Shown piece by piece: positions 55,180-64,000 of a stretch of 64,000 bases of DNA. The position numbers and the translations under genes are program-made. Positions within the stretch are counted from its first letter, which is position 1, and each line of letters starts with the position of its first letter. The notes under the pieces were generated by a model. It was given only the letters and a program-made list of their open reading frames with translations, was not told the DNA's origin and did not search any database. This DNA comes from a virus, in the IMG/VR virus record IMGVR_UViG_3300009285_003054, positions 88,726 through 152,725 of that record. One strand, written 5' to 3'.

Positions 55180-56109
55180 CTATATAAGAATAGCAGCAGC
55201 ATCCACATTAGTAGTGACCGAAGGACCAATTAGGATGTATTTTTCCACACCTGCCTCTCTAGCAATGGTCCGATACTGTCCTGATGCATAACCCATTTCG
55301 CGTGCCTCACCTATTGGTGCAAATGTGGTCCCATGCTGATAAGTAGCTGTTCGATACAGCCGCTCACCTGTAGCGGTCGTATCATAAACCTTCCCAGCCG
55401 ACGTATTCGCAATTGCAGATGGGACCACCGGCCATATGTTCGATGTTCCAGGTTGAATAACATACGAGTGGAAGTTCCCCACACCCGTGTGGTGACCTAA
55501 CCAGGCTGTGTGGATGTTAGACCACGCTGACGTGATTGCAGTTGAACCTGATGTTTGGTACCCACATAGACAGAACGTCGCACCCTCACCATTCGCTTGG
55601 ATTGGTGTGCGCATCCACGCACCCACCCTACCCCCATACCACGCCGGCACTGAGGTTTTGATTATAAACCACAGATCGTCATCACTTTCACAGAGTAATA
55701 ACTCTGTGAAAGTCCCAATGTTAGCGAATCTAGAGAAGGGAATAGCCCGTGTTGCCCCCCAGAGTGCGGGGGTTGCAGTGGCCCAAGTAGCCCCAACAAA
55801 GACAGCCCCGGGATCTGGGGTATAACCTATGTGAAGAGCATTTGCTAGGAATGTGTCCGGTGCCTGCATAAGTGGCGTACCGGCTGCTTTTCCGGCAAAG
55901 GCCGCCCTTTGATCGGGGAATGATCCACCATTGGCAGATATCTCAACCACCTCACGAGCCCCTACGCCACCAACGGTCGATTCAATCGACCACTTAGTAA
56001 GCAATCCTGCCCCAGTGTGGAATGCGTCCATTAGATCAAGAAAAGTCCCCGCCCCCCCTACCGCCTGTATAATAGGGGACGTACCATAATGAAGTGTAGT
56101 TGCGCCCAT
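55180..56109 (-). CDS. Putative virion structural protein (309 aa)
   Basis: GAGGT SD; G/A/T-rich; lies in the baseplate operon. Confidence 0.6.
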   Translation of the reverse strand: MGATTLHYGTSPIIQAVGGAGTFLDLMDAFHTGAGLLTKWSIESTVGGVGAREVVEISANGGSFPDQRAAFAGKAAGTPLMQAPDTFLANALHIGYTPDPGAVFVGATWATATPALWGATRAIPFSRFANIGTFTELLLCESDDDLWFIIKTSVPAWYGGRVGAWMRTPIQANGEGATFCLCGYQTSGSTAITSAWSNIHTAWLGHHTGVGNFHSYVIQPGTSNIWPVVPSAIANTSAGKVYDTTATGERLYRTATYQHGTTFAPIGEAREMGYASGQYRTIAREAGVEKYILIGPSVTTNVDAAAILI

Positions 56110-56119
56110 CGGTTACCTC

Positions 56120-56920
56120 TCAGAAGCCAGTAATCGTTACGGGGCTCACTACTACCAGTAAGTCCCCGATAAATTCAGCAACATTGGAGAAAAACGTGAT
56201 CCAAGCATCATCTACGAAAAACAACCCCCCCGAACACTCAAAAGGGACATAAGCCACACCCCCAATCCCATCCGACTCGACGACGTATTGCCCCGCAGGG
56301 AGTGTGGTTGGTAGTCCGATTGAAATGGTAGCGCCAAGAGTAGACACGCTGGCCTCATCCACCACAGCGTCGATAGTCACGGTAGGGCTTATTCCGTTGA
56401 CTGTTGTGGTGGTGGCACTTGCGGGTACGGTGAACAGGATGTCAACCCCTACAAGTGTGGCTTCTCCTACCAGAGTGTCAGCACCTGCTGCGGCATTTCG
56501 ATATAGGAAGATGCGAATGAGCCTCCCTGCAGCGTAAGCAGCTACACCTGTCAAGACGAGATCGGCAATCTCAGTCTCACCTGCCACACCTGGTGTGGTA
56601 CTGACCACCTGGTCTGGCCCGTCTGCGAAGACCTCGTCCCAAACCTCACCCGAACCTCCGGTCTCCATGTAGGTTGCTTCCCAAGCAACATCGCCTACTA
56701 TTTGGGGTGACAGCCACCGTAGACGTAGTGTAATGCCACCACCCACGTATACTTCTGGAAGAGCAACAGCAAGGAATAACCCGTCATTGACATCATCCGA
56801 GAATTGTGCCACCGGATAGTCAAAATTAGTTCCTTGTACCATTCCCAACGTTGCTGCATCGTAAGGTGCACTAGGGATAGTCAGTGCAGACACCGGAATA
56901 GAGTATGTAATAACCGGCAT
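56120..56920 (-). CDS. Putative virion structural protein (266 aa)
   Basis: GGGGAG SD; jelly-roll-like pattern (F.D........LP.Y.GG...L.W...GDV.W...R.A....DTL). Confidence 0.6.
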   Translation of the reverse strand: MPVITYSIPVSALTIPSAPYDAATLGMVQGTNFDYPVAQFSDDVNDGLFLAVALPEVYVGGGITLRLRWLSPQIVGDVAWEATYMETGGSGEVWDEVFADGPDQVVSTTPGVAGETEIADLVLTGVAAYAAGRLIRIFLYRNAAAGADTLVGEATLVGVDILFTVPASATTTTVNGISPTVTIDAVVDEASVSTLGATISIGLPTTLPAGQYVVESDGIGGVAYVPFECSGGLFFVDDAWITFFSNVAEFIGDLLVVVSPVTITGF

Positions 56921-56935
56921 AAACTCCCCTTTTGG

Positions 56936-58282
56936 TTAGGGCATCCATATAGGAGCAAAGAAAGGACCGCCTATGGTGAAGATGTCTAGCGTCATTGTCC
57001 CTACGAATGTAATGGTGATCTCCGAAGGTGTGGCTGTAAGCATCAAAGCCACTACTGGGGGTCCAGTATCAATTGGACAATCTCCCAGATCGGCAATATC
57101 AAATGGGACTGTTTCGTCACCACTCCCAGTAATAGCTGCGAGTTGTGTACCCATCCAGCCATCACCTGTTGGGTCCTCTATGTCTACCCAATCAGGATCT
57201 GTGATGGTCTCTTCCATCGTCCTCTCGGAGCAATCGAAATACACTGTCCCGAGAGCGTAGCATGCCTCTACTATGTGGGCGACAGAAAACTGCCACGCAC
57301 AGATAACAAACCCTGTTTCCTTGTCCTTGCTAACCCACGGCCGGATGCGCGAGAAACAGCCTGACGTGAGTATAATATCCTCTACGGAAGATCCCGAGTC
57401 TCCTTCAAAATTCTGCAAAACCTGATTGTCCCCGTCGGGTAGCGAGGTTGTAGGATCAACCCTCTGAAAGACAATTCGAGATGCGGTGAATTCCTGAATT
57501 TGCCAGAGATTCGGCATATTCTCCAGGTATTTCCCCGCTGCTACGAAAAGTGCGGTACTAACATCTAATGTCCAGACATCAAAGTCACATCCAGCAAAGT
57601 CCTCTGCCCAGAGATACCGCGGGGATACCTGATCAAAGATACTCTGATCAGTCACTATTGGAGTTATTACCGGATTGTTCCCGGTTATCGCAGCAGCCAA
57701 TCTCCGTACACCACCACCCTGTGTAGCATGTGATACCCCATCAATTACCATTCGCATGGCTAATCTGTGAGTAGCATTACTTCGGGGAAGGAGGTTAACA
57801 TACTCACGGAACCATCTCTCTATCAATACAGATCCGGTAGGCGAAAGTAGTGCCTGTTCCCGTAGTGTCAATCTTTGGACAATATGGGTATCTAGATCAG
57901 ATGCTTGCACAAACAATGCAGTGGCGTAGCGAGCCACGCCAACCCACATGTCAGTACTGCCTATGGATGACTCAGCTACTATCCGATTGACACCCGGTGA
58001 GAGAGGTAGTCGGATTTGTTCCACATTGTGTCTGGGAATATACGGGATGACAGTAGGTGGGGATCCAGCAGGACTCTGCGAATCTGGATCTGTAGATCGA
58101 GTGATTGTAATCTTGACGTTCACCCCCACAGTGCTAACCGTAAGAATAAACGCACTGCCCCGGAAGTCGTATGGTAGCAAAGTGGCTACTACTGATCCCA
58201 AGTAGATTCGATTTGGCCACACGGCTGCTCTGATATCCGTATATGTCTCAATTTGTAGTGCAGCCGGCTCTAGGATCAGCAT
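56936..58282 (-). CDS. Putative baseplate wedge protein
   Basis: Downstream of baseplate J; HRL.MR.......AT.GGVRRL..AITG resembles gpI-like wedge proteins. Confidence 0.5.
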   Translation of the reverse strand: MLILEPAALQIETYTDIRAAVWPNRIYLGSVVATLLPYDFRGSAFILTVSTVGVNVKITITRSTDPDSQSPAGSPPTVIPYIPRHNVEQIRLPLSPGVNRIVAESSIGSTDMWVGVARYATALFVQASDLDTHIVQRLTLREQALLSPTGSVLIERWFREYVNLLPRSNATHRLAMRMVIDGVSHATQGGGVRRLAAAITGNNPVITPIVTDQSIFDQVSPRYLWAEDFAGCDFDVWTLDVSTALFVAAGKYLENMPNLWQIQEFTASRIVFQRVDPTTSLPDGDNQVLQNFEGDSGSSVEDIILTSGCFSRIRPWVSKDKETGFVICAWQFSVAHIVEACYALGTVYFDCSERTMEETITDPDWVDIEDPTGDGWMGTQLAAITGSGDETVPFDIADLGDCPIDTGPPVVALMLTATPSEITITFVGTMTLDIFTIGGPFFAPIWMP

Positions 58283-58294
58283 TACAAAGCAACC

Positions 58295-58501
58295 TTACTT
58301 CCGTAGATTAGGTGGGAATTTCTCTGTGTCTAACCGAGCATCCTCTTCTGCCGGAAGAGCATCCTCTTCGCTACCGGCAACTACATCTCCAGTTCGGATA
58401 GACGGACGGGACGCTACAACACGTGTTCTGTGTGTATTAGCCAGTGGGTTGAATGGGTTGTTGGGGTTGTTAGGGTTTGTGTAATCCGGTTTCATAATCA
58501 T
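58295..58501 (-). CDS. Small hypothetical protein
   Basis: ATGA overlap with the baseplate J stop; NPNNPNNPFNP low complexity. Confidence 0.55.
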   Translation of the reverse strand: MIMKPDYTNPNNPNNPFNPLANTHRTRVVASRPSIRTGDVVAGSEEDALPAEEDARLDTEKFPPNLRK

Positions 58502-59904
58502 CTCCGATATGCAAGGTTAATTGAGATCAGTGAATCATCAATTTCAATTATCTCATTATCCTGCAGTGCAATAGTCTCCACATCCAGGACCCCCCTTTCG
58601 GACAGATGAAAAACACTCATGGTCGGGGTTGTTCGCAGTCCGATTACCTCGGATACTAGATTGGCTAGGAACTCTGCAGGACTATATGTCTGACCGAATA
58701 CTGAATCCTCAAACCATGTGTGAATTTGAGCAAGGACATTGGTTTGGAGACTAAACAAGTTGAACCCGGAATCAGCCTCTGCACTAATCTCGATTGTGGG
58801 GTTGACCCGTACCGCTCGACGCACCAAAATATCTGTCTCAAAAAGACCGGTGTCTACACCTGCATAATCCTCCGCTATGTCCCCCGTAAGAGAGTCCCAC
58901 GTGTATTTGATGCTCACTAGGCTACCACCAGATAGTGGAGAAGCAAATTCCACATGCGATGTGTCATTAGACGAGCCTAGTGTAGCTGGGTCGTCGTCTA
59001 TGACCAACTCATATGCGACAGCAAGTCCATTAACAGTCGCGGATTCTACAGATTGAATTGGTAGATTATCGGGTTGCAACGTGATTTCACCCCCTAATGC
59101 AGTGTACTCGTATACAGCAGACACCAACACTTCCCCGGAATAGTAGATGTCGATCCCAGGTTTGGTGGTTGCCCTCCGGAAAAGCAGATAGTCTGCCGAG
59201 GTAATCACCTTTACACTCAATGCACTGTCAAATGCCGCCATAACAGCAGCAGAAATCCCACCTACTGTCCCCATATCCTGTCCGATTAGTTTGGCTTGTC
59301 CCTGTGCTATCAGCGCACTTGTCCCTCCTGGATCCACACCTTTGTCGATTTTACTTCTATTTTCGACGAAGTCCACCCCTGTAATAGTAGACAATACCCT
59401 AGTCACGCGATAAGCTGGGACGTTATATGCCACCCCGACAGCAACCGCTTGAATTGGGGTTAGTACTTCATATGTGCGTTTGGTTGGGTTGTAGTAATTA
59501 TCGGGATAACGTCCGTCAATTACTACGGCTTGGGTAGTCTGGTAAACGTAGTCAAGCGTAGTGCTTCCAACCCGCGTTCCCTGGGGGATTGTGATAGTTT
59601 GGTTAGCCCGTGGACGACTGCGCGAGCCAAAGTAGACATATCCTTCAGATGCCTTACCTTGGGATGCCCCCGCACCAACTGAAGCTGCCATACGCTCTAG
59701 CTCAGTAGTTGTGGCCACTGCGGTGAAGTCAGCAGAAGCCAAGCGGTCTGTTCGATCTTGGCGTGCTTCAATATCCGCCATAACCACAGACTGCGGTCTA
59801 ATAAATAGATCCCGGATTGGGCCTTTCTCTGTATCCGCCGTGGGATCTATTTCAAAATAGGCATCTTGTAGATCCGCTGTGATTGTTGCTGCATCTCGAG
59901 CCAC
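58498..59904 (-). CDS. Baseplate J-like (wedge) protein
   Basis: D...GPIRDLFIRP, ASEGYVYF, TIPQGTRV....Y.TT, IQAVAVG..YNVPA..(V/I), V.N......G.D; GTG start with GGGGGTG upstream. Confidence 0.85.
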   Translation of the reverse strand: MARDAATITADLQDAYFEIDPTADTEKGPIRDLFIRPQSVVMADIEARQDRTDRLASADFTAVATTTELERMAASVGAGASQGKASEGYVYFGSRSRPRANQTITIPQGTRVGSTTLDYVYQTTQAVVIDGRYPDNYYNPTKRTYEVLTPIQAVAVGVAYNVPAYRVTRVLSTITGVDFVENRSKIDKGVDPGGTSALIAQGQAKLIGQDMGTVGGISAAVMAAFDSALSVKVITSADYLLFRRATTKPGIDIYYSGEVLVSAVYEYTALGGEITLQPDNLPIQSVESATVNGLAVAYELVIDDDPATLGSSNDTSHVEFASPLSGGSLVSIKYTWDSLTGDIAEDYAGVDTGLFETDILVRRAVRVNPTIEISAEADSGFNLFSLQTNVLAQIHTWFEDSVFGQTYSPAEFLANLVSEVIGLRTTPTMSVFHLSERGVLDVETIALQDNEIIEIDDSLISINLAYRR

Positions 59905-60339
59905 TTATCCCACCCCCTCTACGAACTGATGCTGATTGGTAATGATGAAAGCCTTGGCTACTTCCACTGGATCTACTCGACCCATCACCAAGTCAACACG
60001 ATACATTAGCCCACTTCCTTGCTGCTCCACTATGACCCTTCGTACACTGGATACCTTTTCTGTGTCATCCAATGCAAACTGTAAGGCATCCTGACTTCTG
60101 CGTAGGCGGGAAATCGCCGCACCCACATCCCGTCGCAGTAGACCGGGTGCTGCCAGCGTCTCTATCACTAAGGGACCAGACGTAAGGAATTCAAACCCGT
60201 AGTCATCTTCGGGATCATAGGGGTGCGAGAGCACATGCACAACATCTTGCGCGCCCTTGTCCAAACCCCGACACATTTGGGGTTGACCATTGGACCCATC
60301 TACCCAATCCCCATCTTTGAATGCTAGTGTTCTACTCAT
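59905..60339 (-). CDS. Baseplate wedge subunit, gp25/gpW-like
   Basis: True start MSRTLAFKDGDW (ATG 60339); G..K..QDV...L...Y.....YG...E.VS.V pattern; immediately upstream of J. Confidence 0.7.
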   Translation of the reverse strand: MSRTLAFKDGDWVDGSNGQPQMCRGLDKGAQDVVHVLSHPYDPEDDYGFEFLTSGPLVIETLAAPGLLRRDVGAAISRLRRSQDALQFALDDTEKVSSVRRVIVEQQGSGLMYRVDLVMGRVDPVEVAKAFIITNQHQFVEGVG

Positions 60340-60859
60340 AGCTACGAAACACCTCGGGCCAGGATGCCTTCTGGCGATCTGTTTGCGAGTTGTTCTCACC
60401 CCAAGTGTACACAGTCTCGATAAGGGATGCCAGCTGCTTCCGATGAAAATGGTGATCTCGGGATTCCAACAACGCACCATATCCGGTCTGGATGTCCTTT
60501 TGTACCTTAGCCAGCTCCGAAACATTCTGAGTTAACGCACTGTTCTTTCTGAAAGTGTCATAGTCACCAATCCGGCTATCATAGTCTTGCAACATGACTT
60601 CGGAGTCTGCGATCTCTGCTGCGCAAGCAGTGAGGAGGATACTTCGGAAGTCCGCTGACTCCCCTTCCGAATCCTGTATTCGTCCCAGGATTTCTTCTCG
60701 AAAGTAGGGGTCTACTGTGATTGCAAAGTCCTGCAACCCGTCAGAGATGGGGACCGATTCGCCAACCTGAGCGTCGTAGTATTTTGGTCTGTCATTAACG
60801 GGTAGACGCAACGCAGCCAGGCGTTGCTGTGCGTCTTGTGTACTCACGGAATCCTCCAT
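60332..60859 (-). CDS. Hypothetical protein in baseplate operon
   Basis: Tiled, overlapping ORF; helical. Confidence 0.65.
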   Translation of the reverse strand: MEDSVSTQDAQQRLAALRLPVNDRPKYYDAQVGESVPISDGLQDFAITVDPYFREEILGRIQDSEGESADFRSILLTACAAEIADSEVMLQDYDSRIGDYDTFRKNSALTQNVSELAKVQKDIQTGYGALLESRDHHFHRKQLASLIETVYTWGENNSQTDRQKASWPEVFRSYE

Positions 60860-60883
60860 CTTCTAGGGTAACCTGAGTCTTGT

Positions 60884-62515
60884 CTACGGTGGGAAGCTAC
60901 GGAAGAGTTGCGCGGTCAGCGCTTGAGTAAGCTGAATCGTGGTCGAGTTGGGTGCGGTTACCCTGCGCTGTTGTATTTCATTGGCCACCGATACGAGTGT
61001 CTGACTCAGTGCCCCTAGATCAGCGGCGACCATGTCTAGGACCTGCTGAAGCGTAGTGAGAACATCAGACAGATCGGATAAGGCAGCTAGGATTGCACCG
61101 TCCTCGTCATAGCCACCACCATCACCGCTAAGATCCATCCCCGTGGTTTTCTCCGCAATCCCATCGAAATCGATGAGTTGGGTAACGGCTACACTCACCC
61201 CCGAAACTAATGAGTAGATCAGACTGAATGTAAGATCCATTTGTGCGCAAGCAATCCCGAAATTGTCTGCAAGGGTATCCTCAACTATCTCCATGGTATC
61301 CGGGTCAAGTGTGGTCATGTAAGGCCATGCTGCTGGATTGGATCTCCCATAATTATCCCCCAATAAGAACGCCCGGATATTCTCACAAACAGCGACGATT
61401 GCACCTAATGCCGGGGTAGCAATTCCGGCCAAGGCATCCCATGTGTCAAATATCTCGGAAAGCCCAGTTGTAAGTACGGAGAGAATAGCTTGTGATCCAG
61501 CATTCTCTGTTGATGCCTTGGCCGCCAGGGCAGTAATGTATGCCTGGGTAGGGAAGCTTCGGGACGGGGAAATAGCAGCTAGCAGTGCGACGCTCGGAGG
61601 AAGGTACAGATCCATCCCGGAGATAGCTAATTCCTGCGACGTTGGTGCATCAGTAATTTGTTGCGCTAACGCTCGTGCCAATTCCCCTGGGTATGGGAAA
61701 GACTGATATACACCGGACACCTCGGTCAAAGCGTCGTCTGCCCGGGTCTGTTGGGAGTCAATCAGCACTTTGTTTATGCTTGATGATTCCGCCAATAATG
61801 TTCTCATGTCGGAATCGGTGTACCCCATTGTTCGAAGTTTACTACAGAAATCGAGACGTGGGATCACTACTGTGGTAACATTCCTGGTACTGACCCCTCG
61901 GAGGAGGTAGTAGACTACATCTCCCGGGAATCCAGACTGGGTGAGTGTAATTTTGGCGTGCGCGTTGGGTTCAACAAACCACACGAACGTAATAGCTAAA
62001 TCCGAGAAAGCAACTCCAGAAGATTGCATTACTGCTAGTGGGGATTGACCCGTAAGAATTACTCCGTTCAATGCGACGTAATATTCAAATCCACGAGGTG
62101 ATGCATTCCCCAGGGTGGCTTCCATTGTCGAAAGCCCAATAGCACTGTAGAGTTTCCTATAAGGGTTCACGCTCACCGCACGTGTGTGCTGGGTGCATAC
62201 ATACATACCGTGAATGCAGGCTATTCCTGTACGTGTAAGCAACCAGTATGCGCGACTGTTTTGGTCACTCGGATACTCTGGAAGACCCACTGCCGTGCGG
62301 AATGCGGCAATTGTAGGAAGACCATATGTGCGGATAAGGGTAAGAAGTTCGGAGTTGACTGTAGCGACTGCGGACATCTGCCCCAAGTAAGTATTTACTG
62401 CAGCAATCGATCCTCTTAGCGCTTCGTGTGTGGTATGCGTGTTTGCCTGGATAGCGTCTACTACCGAGTCCAAATCCGATTCGATGCCACATACTCGATA
62501 AGTAATCCCTGCCAT
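60884..62515 (-). CDS. Hypothetical, probably virion-associated protein (543 aa)
   Basis: Long ORF; amphipathic helical C-terminal half. Confidence 0.7.
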   Translation of the reverse strand: MAGITYRVCGIESDLDSVVDAIQANTHTTHEALRGSIAAVNTYLGQMSAVATVNSELLTLIRTYGLPTIAAFRTAVGLPEYPSDQNSRAYWLLTRTGIACIHGMYVCTQHTRAVSVNPYRKLYSAIGLSTMEATLGNASPRGFEYYVALNGVILTGQSPLAVMQSSGVAFSDLAITFVWFVEPNAHAKITLTQSGFPGDVVYYLLRGVSTRNVTTVVIPRLDFCSKLRTMGYTDSDMRTLLAESSSINKVLIDSQQTRADDALTEVSGVYQSFPYPGELARALAQQITDAPTSQELAISGMDLYLPPSVALLAAISPSRSFPTQAYITALAAKASTENAGSQAILSVLTTGLSEIFDTWDALAGIATPALGAIVAVCENIRAFLLGDNYGRSNPAAWPYMTTLDPDTMEIVEDTLADNFGIACAQMDLTFSLIYSLVSGVSVAVTQLIDFDGIAEKTTGMDLSGDGGGYDEDGAILAALSDLSDVLTTLQQVLDMVAADLGALSQTLVSVANEIQQRRVTAPNSTTIQLTQALTAQLFRSFPP

Positions 62516-62520
62516 AGAGG

Positions 62521-62874
62521 CTATTCCTTTTCGGATGTCATTTCTCTAATCCGATTTTCTATTCGGATTAGATCCGGACCTAAAATATCATCTGCACGCA
62601 CATGATGGGTAAGAGATCCGTTAGGGGTCAGTGCCTCCTTCCGGAAACTTTTGATCCCATCCCAAATATCGCGGGGAATCTCTACTTTCTGAGCCATTGA
62701 TGTTACTACTTCTCGAAGAAAGAATCGAATCCCTTCCGGAGTGGCAGAGAGCATCTTGGCCATCCGGGCACGCGGGATTGTTATCCGATGAGCTTCCGTC
62801 TCACCAGTGGGTCCCATAATGTCTATGTCGAGAGAAAGATCCCCCGATTGTAACCAGCAGAAGTAGTCACTCAT
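62521..62874 (-). CDS. Hypothetical protein
   Basis: ATGA overlap with the upstream stop at 62871-62874. Confidence 0.6.
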   Translation of the reverse strand: MSDYFCWLQSGDLSLDIDIMGPTGETEAHRITIPRARMAKMLSATPEGIRFFLREVVTSMAQKVEIPRDIWDGIKSFRKEALTPNGSLTHHVRADDILGPDLIRIENRIREMTSEKE

Positions 62875-63692
62875 GGGCAACTCGGTATGATAGCAGTGAA
62901 TGCTGTGAGCACTGTTTGTAATGTTTCCAAAGTGGTTAAGATCACGTCACAGCTATCCTGTGACCCAACTACCGGAAGTTGAATCAATGGCATCAGTTCC
63001 GAACCCGCAATGTCATTAGCAATCTGGATAAACGTGTTGACGACTGCTAGCAATGCCGTGAGTGCAGTAAGCCCCCCAAGGATGCCCCCACGTTGTGCAT
63101 CCAGGTTGGCTTGTGCAGCAGTCAGTAACGATTGACATCCCTTCATTTGCGACTCCGGCAGACTACTTAGTAGTGCCGTGAGGTTAGAGATACGAGTTTG
63201 CGCATCACAAAGGGAGTGTACGTTAACAATCACACACTCCACAATGTGCAGAAGAAAATTGACAATCGAGATAATCATCCCCGGCCATGCGAAGGGTGGG
63301 TATACCGCACAGACCAAAGCGGCTACTGCAGAGATCAGCGCTGCCATAGCATCCATAACCGGTTGTGGGGAGAGTGACATAATCGATTCTGGAACTGCTG
63401 CGATGGCATCTTTGACCGCCATCAGTACATCCACGATCATGAATATGGGCTGGATACTCCCTAGCAATGCATTCAACGGCCCTAGTATCTTCTCCATCCA
63501 CGCCCGACAATCCGGGAAGTCTGTGTCAATGACACTGCACAGACTCACACCCCAAGGAAGATCAATACAGATATTGAAAGGTGGGCCGGAAAGAGTACCA
63601 ATTGAGGCTACAGCAGTTGCGGGGAGATCTAATGCCGCCTCTTCCAGGTATGCTGCCCGCGCAGCTACTTTTTCTGCTGGGGTGAGTCCCAT
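62871..63692 (-). CDS. Hydrophobic all-helical protein downstream of the spike
   Basis: GAGGT SD; L/I/A-rich amphipathic helices with about 9 Cys. Confidence 0.7.
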   Translation of the reverse strand: MGLTPAEKVAARAAYLEEAALDLPATAVASIGTLSGPPFNICIDLPWGVSLCSVIDTDFPDCRAWMEKILGPLNALLGSIQPIFMIVDVLMAVKDAIAAVPESIMSLSPQPVMDAMAALISAVAALVCAVYPPFAWPGMIISIVNFLLHIVECVIVNVHSLCDAQTRISNLTALLSSLPESQMKGCQSLLTAAQANLDAQRGGILGGLTALTALLAVVNTFIQIANDIAGSELMPLIQLPVVGSQDSCDVILTTLETLQTVLTAFTAIIPSCP

Positions 63693-63700
63693 ATACTACC

Positions 63701-64000
63701 TCAAATCGGGGTGGGGAGATCTTGTACTATTCGGCCCTTGATAGTCACATTAGGGGCGGTGATGGTAATCGCACCAGATGAAGAAAGATTCAAGGTAAGT
63801 CCCCCGACAATGGAGAGAACCCCTCTGGCGGAGAGAGTCATGTTCCCCGAAGATGCGATGTCAATATTCGTTTTTGCACTGAGTTGAATCTTCCTCCCAG
63901 TGGTTATCCGAAAGGTCCCTTTCGGAATATCAGTCGCCCAGCCAATGTCCGCGGATGTGGGCAACTTCCACCACACATTTCCCGCCTCGTCAATCTGGTG
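63701..64000 (-). CDS. C-terminus of baseplate central spike (gp5/gpV/VgrG-like beta-helix); start lies outside the window
   Basis: 8-residue repeats GRKIQLSA-KTNIDIAS-SGNMTLSA-RGVLSIVG-GLTLNLSS-SGAITITA-PNVTIKG; the frame stays open to the window edge. Confidence 0.8.
   Translation of the reverse strand, partial: HQIDEAGNVWWKLPTSADIGWATDIPKGTFRITTGRKIQLSAKTNIDIASSGNMTLSARGVLSIVGGLTLNLSSSGAITITAPNVTIKGRIVQDLPTPI

Noticed and set aside
58440-58480. NPNNPNNPFNP repeat as a functional repeat element
   Set aside because: A short, degenerate, codon-level low-complexity stretch in a 68-aa ORF.
116-63741. The many plus-strand and nested ORFs in the supplied track (e.g. 4829..5443, 34944..35522, 45294..46121, 63178..63741, 20685..20906)
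   Set aside because: They are antisense or out-of-frame shadows of longer tiled minus-strand genes and show no recognisable motifs. Only the methyltransferase is credible on the plus strand.
1-64000. Interpretation as a bacterial chromosome with a prophage, tailocin or eCIS
   Set aside because: The gyr, pol, dcd, queE and sigma genes are divergent, interleaved with virion genes and hypotheticals on one strand, and no housekeeping operon, integrase or att site was seen. This fits a large phage better.
1-64000. Stop-codon reassignment (TAG or TGA recoding seen in some jumbo phages)
   Set aside because: Conserved enzymes are full length in code 11, and TAA, TAG and TGA all terminate tightly tiled genes.

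Overview
This window is best read as a 64-kb fragment of a large, probably jumbo, contractile-tailed bacteriophage. It is gene-dense, uses the standard genetic code, has AGGAG/GGAGG ribosome-binding sites, and every credible gene is on the minus strand except one DNA methyltransferase. Reading along the minus strand (right to left): (i) a baseplate/tail-fibre block (spike C-terminus, gp25/W-like, baseplate J-like, two tail-collar-like paralogs flanking a 1473-aa protein, a 1195-aa protein); (ii) a tightly coupled replication/nucleotide-modification block (QueE, UDG-family-4/PolA fusion, SAM-methyltransferase-GNAT fusion, paralogous GNAT, Cys-rich YkgJ/DUF3109-like protein, GNAT, dCTP deaminase); (iii) type IIA topoisomerase B and A subunits; (iv) a beta-class adenine methyltransferase, a HExxH peptidase and a 2H-phosphoesterase fusion; (v) tail sheath, a cluster of small basic proteins sharing an NI(I/L)-x-R-x-A segment, tail tube, two Ig-like paralogs, a sigma-70-family factor, and a probable tail-assembly chaperone with a canonical -1 frameshift signal (C CCU UUU plus a downstream hairpin). 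The best candidate for an undescribed system is the QueE/PolA-linked methyl- and acyl-transferase operon, a possible DNA base hypermodification pathway. The second is a family of putative capsid-packaged proteins that includes an Acb1-like 2H phosphoesterase. All calls come from motif recognition by eye; no searches were run. No tRNA, rRNA, CRISPR array, integrase or transposase was recognised.
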